From assembly GCA_002692425.1 (NCBI GenBank), contig NZKB01000026.1:1-40016 (forward strand): DNA of 40,016 nt, given 5' to 3'. The position numbers and the translations under genes were made by a program. Of the stretch, positions 35,026 to 40,016 are shown in pieces. The DNA comes from Gammaproteobacteria bacterium. GTDB lineage: Bacteria > Pseudomonadota > Gammaproteobacteria > Magnimaribacterales > TMED112. Below the pieces are notes generated by a model. That model did not search any database and had not been told where the DNA came from. It saw only the letters and a list, made by a program, of their open reading frames with translations. Positions within the stretch are counted from its first letter, which is position 1. Each line of letters begins with the position of its first letter.

Positions 35026-37290
35026 ATGAACTTCAAAACACTTGCAACAACTCTCTTTACAATTATATTCGTAGCTGCTTGTGGCGGTGGAGGCGGTGGA
35101 GGAGATTCTTCTTCAAGTCCTTACCCAACACCAGCACCAACACCGGCGCCAACACCAGCACCAACACCAGCACCAACACCAGCACCAACACCAGCACCAA
35201 CACCGGCACCGACACCGGTACCAACTCCAGAACCAACACCAGAACCAACACCTGGAACCCAGGAACCTGTTTGGGTTAATGAATTTCATTACGACAACCA
35301 AGGAGTTGATGCAAATGAATTTATAGAAGTAGCAGGAGTGGCTGGCACTAATTTAGAAGGTTATAAACTTGTATTATATAGTGGCGGTGATTCTGGTCAT
35401 TATGGAACAATCGATTTAACTGGCACTTTGCAAGATGAAGCAAATACTGGTTATGGAGCTGCGAGCTTTTCTATACCAACATCTATTGAAACTGGATTAC
35501 AAAATGGAGCACAAGATGGTATTGGTCTTGTTAATCCAGATAATGAATGTGCAGAATTTTTCTCCTATGAAGGGGATATGACAGCTAATGCCGGCGATGG
35601 AATAGGTGGCGGCAGTGCATGTGATGGATCACAAGGACAGGACATTGGAGTATTTGAACAAAATAGTTCAGAGAACGACTCTCTGCAAAGAACCGGACAA
35701 GGTTATGGTGGCTCAGACTTTAATTGGGTCGGACCAGTAACAGCATCAGCAGGATTTGTAAATAATGATCAAACTTTCGGAGATCCTGTACCCACACCAG
35801 AACCAACTCCAGCACCTGAAACATTCTTGTTTTCAAAAGCTGTTTTAGTTGGTGAAGTTCCATCAGATTTTTACGATAGAGATGCTGACTATCCAACATG
35901 GAGAGATGCAGATGGAGATTGTAAATCAGATAGACATGAAGTTTTGCAAGCACAACATATAGATGATGATTCCTCTAACCCGTTGGTATTTTCTTCTAGT
36001 GGTTGTTCAGTTCTAACAGGTAAGTGGCAAGATCCTTTTGATGGTTCTTTTTACTATAGTGCCTCTGATATTCAAATAGACCACGTAGTTGCTTTATATG
36101 AAAGCCACATTAGTGGTGCAGGTGCTACAGGTAGTAATGCTTGGACTGCCGAAGAAAAAGTGAACTTTGCAAATACTGGTAACAGGGTGGCAGGAACACT
36201 TCCTGAAACTTCTAATCAATTTTTAGCAGTGGGAGGCGCTACAAATGGCCCTAAAGGTTCAAGTGATCCTACAGAATGGATGCCACCTCTATCGGAATAC
36301 CATTGTACTTACCTTAAAAAATGGGTAGAAGTTAAACATTTAAATGACCTCTATTTCGATGAAAATGAATACAATTTTATCAAAGCGGAAGAAGCAAATT
36401 GTGACGATAGCCCACTTCCTACATTGCCTGCTAATGATGACAGCGGCGGCGGCGGCGGTGGTGGCGGCGGCGACGCACCAGAAGGATCTGTATTCATAAA
36501 TGAGTTGCACTACGATATGGTTGGTGTTGATACAGACGAATACGTTGAAATTGCTGGACCCGCTGGCACTGATCTTTCAGGCTGGAAGCTTGAATTTTAT
36601 AATGGTAATAATGACTCATTGTATGATCAAATATCACTTTCAGGCGTAATTTCAGACGCAGGTGAAGGATATGGATTTATCGTCGCAGAATCTTCACAAA
36701 TACAAAATGGAGCACCGGATGGGATTGGCCTCATTGACCAAAATGGTAACTGTGCTGAACTTATAAGTTACGAAGGTACAATGTCGCCAACTGATGGCCC
36801 ATGTTCATCTTTCACATCAAATGATATTGGTGTTATTCAAAGCAATAGCACACCTCCTGAAGATTCACTCCAAAAAACTGGTACTGGTACCGTAAGCAGT
36901 GACTTTACATGGGTAGGACCAGTTACAAAAACGAAAGGCACTCAGAATGCTGATCAAAGCTTTGGTACAGAACCAACAACCTTTGTTGTCACTGCAACTG
37001 GCCTTGATTATATAATAGATGGTGTGATGCATGCCACAATTACCGTTAAACGAGGCGCCACCTACATATTTGATGTTTCAGATGTTAGTGCTCCACATCC
37101 ATTTAGACTCAGTACAACACCAGATGGTGAATGGGGTGGCGGTGTCGCATTCGACGACGGTGTTAGTTATGTTAATTCTGGAACTATTGGCTGGATGGTA
37201 CCTGAAGATTTAACTAATGACGTTATGTATTACTATTGCACATTGCACGCTGGCATGGCAGGTTCAGGTGTTATTCAAGTAATTGATTAA
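35026..37290 (+). CDS. Multidomain extracellular lipoprotein nuclease: lipobox / (PTPx)11 / LTD-like 1 / DUF1524 (His-Me finger) nuclease / Gly9 / LTD-like 2 / cupredoxin-like
   Basis: Lipobox FVAAC (Cys19). Two paralogous modules begin VWVNEFHYDNQGVDANEFIEVAG and VFINELHYDMVGVDTDEYVEIAG (lamin-tail-domain style, as in ExeM/Xds-type nucleases). The central block YDRDADYPTWRDADGDCKSDRHEVL..KWQDPFDG..SDIQIDHVVAL..SGA..W..FAN..N..AV..NGPKGSSDPTEWMPP..YHCTYLKKWVEVK matches the secreted DUF1524/GmrSD-C nuclease family. The C-terminus carries HPF...YYYCTLHAGMAG. Confidence 0.8.
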   Translation: MNFKTLATTLFTIIFVAACGGGGGGGDSSSSPYPTPAPTPAPTPAPTPAPTPAPTPAPTPAPTPVPTPEPTPEPTPGTQEPVWVNEFHYDNQGVDANEFIEVAGVAGTNLEGYKLVLYSGGDSGHYGTIDLTGTLQDEANTGYGAASFSIPTSIETGLQNGAQDGIGLVNPDNECAEFFSYEGDMTANAGDGIGGGSACDGSQGQDIGVFEQNSSENDSLQRTGQGYGGSDFNWVGPVTASAGFVNNDQTFGDPVPTPEPTPAPETFLFSKAVLVGEVPSDFYDRDADYPTWRDADGDCKSDRHEVLQAQHIDDDSSNPLVFSSSGCSVLTGKWQDPFDGSFYYSASDIQIDHVVALYESHISGAGATGSNAWTAEEKVNFANTGNRVAGTLPETSNQFLAVGGATNGPKGSSDPTEWMPPLSEYHCTYLKKWVEVKHLNDLYFDENEYNFIKAEEANCDDSPLPTLPANDDSGGGGGGGGGDAPEGSVFINELHYDMVGVDTDEYVEIAGPAGTDLSGWKLEFYNGNNDSLYDQISLSGVISDAGEGYGFIVAESSQIQNGAPDGIGLIDQNGNCAELISYEGTMSPTDGPCSSFTSNDIGVIQSNSTPPEDSLQKTGTGTVSSDFTWVGPVTKTKGTQNADQSFGTEPTTFVVTATGLDYIIDGVMHATITVKRGATYIFDVSDVSAPHPFRLSTTPDGEWGGGVAFDDGVSYVNSGTIGWMVPEDLTNDVMYYYCTLHAGMAGSGVIQVID
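35125..35256 (+). repeat. Tandem 12-nt repeat (CCAACACCAGCA and variants, 11 units) encoding the (PTPA)7-PTPV-(PTPE)2-PTPG linker
   Basis: Read directly from the sequence. Units are in phase from 35125, and several consecutive copies are identical. Confidence 0.95.
36445..36471 (+). repeat. GGC/GGT trinucleotide run encoding a Gly9 inter-domain linker
   Basis: The run ggc ggc ggc ggc ggt ggt ggc ggc ggc is read directly. A second Gly7 run lies at 35083-35103, just after the lipobox Cys. Confidence 0.85.
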
Positions 37291-37311
37291 TCATCGTATA
37301 GGGTATTATCA

Positions 37312-38208
37312 GTGAGAAAATTATTATTCCTACTAATAGTATCCTTTATTTTTTCTCCAAAAATTCAGGCCAATTCCTCAATTATTACTCAAAGTGTAGA
37401 TTTTGATAGTCCTGAAGGTTGGGGTATGGCATACATGACAGCAGCTTCTTTAAACCTTGCAGATAGCTTTCCTGAAAAATTATCTTTTGGAGAATTTGAA
37501 ATATCAGCAGAGATTAATAGCATCCCAGAATTAAATTCAGAACAACAAAAAATAGGTTTTGGCGGTCTCAAATATGAAGATTTGAATAAATCACCAGTTT
37601 TTGGAAAAGGAAAGATTAAAATGGGCTTTTATTATGACTCTATTTTAGAATTTAGTTATACTCCACCGCTTGAAGTGAATGGCGCAAAACCTAAAGATTT
37701 ATATGGTTTTTCGTTATCAAAAGAATTAATTAAAAATGATAGTTTAAACTTTGGATTACGCGTTTTTAATTTATCTGGTCATGCAGTAGCTGATGTTACT
37801 TGTAGTAAACAAGTAGTAAGTGAACCCCTTTACGCACCTGGCAATCCCTCAGGTTGTATAAGCACATCTAAAGATAAAATAGATTTAGGTCATAAGGGTC
37901 TTGAAATGATTATTATGCCCAATAATAAAAATCCTAAAATAAAGCCCTGGGTTTCTCTTGCTTTTTCAAAAATTGATCCGTCAGTGCGAATTGATGCACA
38001 GTTGGAAGTAATTAGAGAAATTGCACTAGTTAAAACAAACGGTTCAATTAAAACCCTAAATTTTGGTTTGAATTATGCATTATCAGATAAATGGGTACTA
38101 TTCCTTGGAACATCTTATACTCCTCTAGATGTTGTTAGACCTGGTCCTGCTGGAGGAGACGACAATTTCTGGAATTTTAGAGTTGGTCTAAGCTTAAAAG
38201 GAATTTAG
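37312..38208 (+). CDS. Hypothetical exported protein, outer-membrane beta-barrel-like
   Basis: GTG start and signal peptide MRKLLFLLIVSFIFSPKIQA|NSS. The sequence alternates hydrophobic and polar residues in a Gly/aromatic-rich pattern and ends FWNFRVGLSLKGI. No family was recognised. It lies 21 nt downstream of the nuclease gene. Confidence 0.5.
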   Translation: MRKLLFLLIVSFIFSPKIQANSSIITQSVDFDSPEGWGMAYMTAASLNLADSFPEKLSFGEFEISAEINSIPELNSEQQKIGFGGLKYEDLNKSPVFGKGKIKMGFYYDSILEFSYTPPLEVNGAKPKDLYGFSLSKELIKNDSLNFGLRVFNLSGHAVADVTCSKQVVSEPLYAPGNPSGCISTSKDKIDLGHKGLEMIIMPNNKNPKIKPWVSLAFSKIDPSVRIDAQLEVIREIALVKTNGSIKTLNFGLNYALSDKWVLFLGTSYTPLDVVRPGPAGGDDNFWNFRVGLSLKGI

Positions 38209-38225
38209 CTCAGACTATAACTGTC

Positions 38226-38489
38226 TTATTCTTCTATTGTTTCTTCAATAACTGCAGGTTTTTGGAAATCGCATTCTAGTCTGGCTATAACTTCACCTTC
38301 AACATCAAGATTTAATCTAGCTCGTCCTTGCATTTCCCCCGTGACCATACAGTATGCTAATGTTTCTTGAACCACCATTCTGACAATATTAGTTAAATCT
38401 TCAACACTAATATCAGATATCTTCTGGTCTTGTATATCTTCGGCATTAATGAACAATGGCAGTAAAAGCAATATTAATAATTTTTTCAT
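38226..38489 (-). CDS. Small secreted protein (87 aa, 2 Cys), unknown function
   Basis: Signal peptide MKKLLILLLLPLFINA|EDI. A strong SD (AGGAG, reverse complement of 38496-38500) lies 6 nt upstream of the ATG. Confidence 0.6.
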   Translation of the reverse strand: MKKLLILLLLPLFINAEDIQDQKISDISVEDLTNIVRMVVQETLAYCMVTGEMQGRARLNLDVEGEVIARLECDFQKPAVIEETIEE

Positions 38490-38542
38490 AATGGGCTCCT
38501 TTAATTTAAGTATGTTATTTAAATAAGCTCAAATAAAGTTTT

Positions 38543-38701
38543 TTAAAGATCTTCAGACTGATGATTCTCTTTTAAATGTTGTGCATAAATAACACGGACT
38601 TCAGTTTTAAGAGCATACATTTGAGCGAAGAGCGCTATAATCAACACGCCAAGAGCAATGTTTATTGTTGTTTGCAGATTAGATTTTTTATCGTCTTTCA
38701 T
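38543..38701 (-). CDS. 52-aa single-TM micro-ORF between the SRAP gene and the small secreted protein gene (speculative)
   Basis: Translation: MKDDKKSNLQTTINIALGVLIIALFAQMYALKTEVRVIYAQHLKENHQSEDL. It starts 12 nt after the SRAP stop. No SD is visible. Confidence 0.3.
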   Translation of the reverse strand: MKDDKKSNLQTTINIALGVLIIALFAQMYALKTEVRVIYAQHLKENHQSEDL

Positions 38702-38713
38702 ATTGTTTAAAGC

Positions 38714-39259
38714 TTAACAGATTTCTTCCGTTAAACTTGGAAAATTATTTTTGGGGCTGTTTACTTGTTTTGAGACTTTGTAAAACTTTACATCATGATT
38801 GGCTGATGAGTCGTAAATATTTTGTCCCATAAAATACTCGCCAATTTCATTCTCATGCAATAAAACCGGTTGTCTTTGATGAATGTGGCTAAGCGTATCA
38901 GCTGATTCTCGAGTTAGTATGCAACATCCAGATTCATTAAATATTCCTGCAAAATATTTGGCGTTTGAGTAATGATAATAGGGAACCTTAGCATCTTTTT
39001 GTTTTTGCCATTCATACCACCCAGAAAAGGGAATGATACATCTATTGGCACCTTTAAAAGAAGGCTTTTCTGTAATTGTTTCTAAGCGACAATTAATTAG
39101 ATTCATATCTGGTTTCCAGGAAGGTGAGTAGGACCATTTCATAAGCTGGCCATCACAATTAATTGTTTTTACAGGAATTGATGTGGCAGGAGTAATATTA
39201 AAATTATCATTAAATCCTAATTCGAATGGGTCGCCTACTAAACTAAATCGTCCACACAT
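38714..39259 (-). CDS. yedK: SOS-response-associated peptidase (SRAP/YedK family, abasic-site processing)
   Basis: The invariant N-terminus MCGRF (catalytic Cys2), INCRLETI (Asn), GWYEW (Glu) and HQRQPVLL (His) blocks are present, together with C-terminal YKVSKQVNSPKNN. Confidence 0.9.
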   Translation of the reverse strand: MCGRFSLVGDPFELGFNDNFNITPATSIPVKTINCDGQLMKWSYSPSWKPDMNLINCRLETITEKPSFKGANRCIIPFSGWYEWQKQKDAKVPYYHYSNAKYFAGIFNESGCCILTRESADTLSHIHQRQPVLLHENEIGEYFMGQNIYDSSANHDVKFYKVSKQVNSPKNNFPSLTEEIC

Positions 39260-39336
39260 GAATTAAATATAAGAATTAAATAAAAATACACAACAAATAT
39301 GTATTTTTTTGATACGGTAATAACTGGAGGACTTTA

Positions 39337-40016
39337 ATGAAAAAATTACTAAGTTTACTAACACTGTTTATCTTTATAGATAATATTCAAGCACAGACTT
39401 CTGAGCAAACAATTTATAGATCTGAGTTTATGTTTTGCAATTTTAATGAAGGTAAAAATTATCAAGACGTTCTAGCAGAACAAGCACCATATGAGCAGTT
39501 TCTAAATGAAAACGGTCTTGAATACAATCGATTGAATCTATCACCTATCTGGGATAATGATTCTGAATATGATTATGTCATGTGGGGGAATTGGCCCAAT
39601 GGAGAAATGCAATACAAAGAGTGGGGCGCATATATGAATGATTATCCTGCTTGGGCATCTGAAAATGATATACCTGCTCAATCTGCAGGTGAGTGTGAGA
39701 ATTACGTATCTATGAGGAATCACCGTGTATTGAGAATAAATGCAGATTCTTATGATGATCGCATGTTTTCAGACTGGAGACAGTGCACATTGAAACCTCG
39801 AGCTAATATGGCTGAACTCAAAGCTGTTTTTGCGGAAATGGAACAAATGGCAAGAGATAAAGGCATGGGAGGCTATGCTGTGCATTTCTTCACTCCTTAT
39901 AGAGGCATGCAAGACGAGCTGCCATACGATTTCTTAATGTCGTACATTTGGTTTACTTCAGAAGCTAGATCAGCTGGAGTTGCAAATTGGCCTGAATGGA
40001 ACGCCATGATGGAGGA
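39337..40016 (+). CDS. Secreted hypothetical protein with two tandem homologous modules of about 100 aa, partial (runs off the 3' window edge)
   Basis: Missing from the track because there is no stop codon within the window. GGAGG (39326-39330) lies 6 nt before ATG 39337. Signal peptide MKKLLSLLTLFIFIDNIQA|QT. The frame stays open to the end of the window. Confidence 0.7.
   Translation, partial: MKKLLSLLTLFIFIDNIQAQTSEQTIYRSEFMFCNFNEGKNYQDVLAEQAPYEQFLNENGLEYNRLNLSPIWDNDSEYDYVMWGNWPNGEMQYKEWGAYMNDYPAWASENDIPAQSAGECENYVSMRNHRVLRINADSYDDRMFSDWRQCTLKPRANMAELKAVFAEMEQMARDKGMGGYAVHFFTPYRGMQDELPYDFLMSYIWFTSEARSAGVANWPEWNAMME

Noticed and set aside
35063-35326. Four track ORFs (35063-35251 -, 35079-35279 +, 35081-35326 +, 35113-35301 -) with odd low-complexity translations (LVLVLV, TNTSTN, HQHQHQ, CWCWCW).
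   Set aside because: They are alternative-frame and antisense readings of the 12-nt PTPx tandem repeat inside the well-supported nuclease gene. The repeat periodicity keeps every frame open.
39281-39308. Inverted repeat AAAAATAC-N12-GTATTTTT in the divergent region between the SRAP gene and the secreted-protein gene, considered as a LexA/SOS operator because SRAP genes can be SOS-linked.
   Set aside because: It does not match CTGT-N8-ACAG, and the arms are almost pure A/T, so they are easily produced by chance. No further evidence supports it.

Overview
The window is AT-rich (about one-third GC by eye), tightly packed chromosomal DNA. Its gene order (trxB / ftsK-lolA-serS) and content (three secretome/TonB-receptor loci, many overlapping stop/start codons) suggest a streamlined marine gammaproteobacterium. 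A SAR86-like origin is an inference only. I found no rRNA, tRNA, CRISPR array, IS/transposase, integrase or recognisable defence genes. Layout: (1) partial yqgE/algH and an acyl-CoA ligase. (2) A PhoB/PhoR-like two-component pair ending 13 nt before a complete type II secretion operon gspCDEFGHIJKLMN (4540-14135). (3) A phosphorus block: ppk2-ppx (minus strand), a PiT permease, and a TonB-dependent receptor overlapping a beta-propeller phytase. (4) A DedA-family gene that looks broken at two homopolymer runs, then hinT, a PlsC-type acyltransferase and an RhlG-like SDR. (5) Housekeeping trxB, ftsK, lolA and serS. (6) A 1074-aa Oar-like TonB receptor. (7) A 2OG-Fe(II) oxygenase, a nupC nucleoside transporter and tdk, next to a 754-aa lipoprotein with the architecture (PTPx)11 linker / LTD-like / DUF1524 His-Me nuclease / Gly9 / LTD-like / cupredoxin-like, followed by a barrel-like outer-membrane candidate. 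(8) An SRAP (yedK-like) gene and small secreted or membrane ORFs. The most unusual items are the modular nuclease with a C-terminal blue-copper-like module, the Pho-type regulator pair heading the T2SS inside a phosphorus-scavenging neighbourhood, the intrinsic terminator hairpin embedded in the phytase signal-peptide codons, and the homopolymer-split DedA gene. Nothing here resembles a classical defence island. All functional calls rest on motif recognition by eye, with no database searches.
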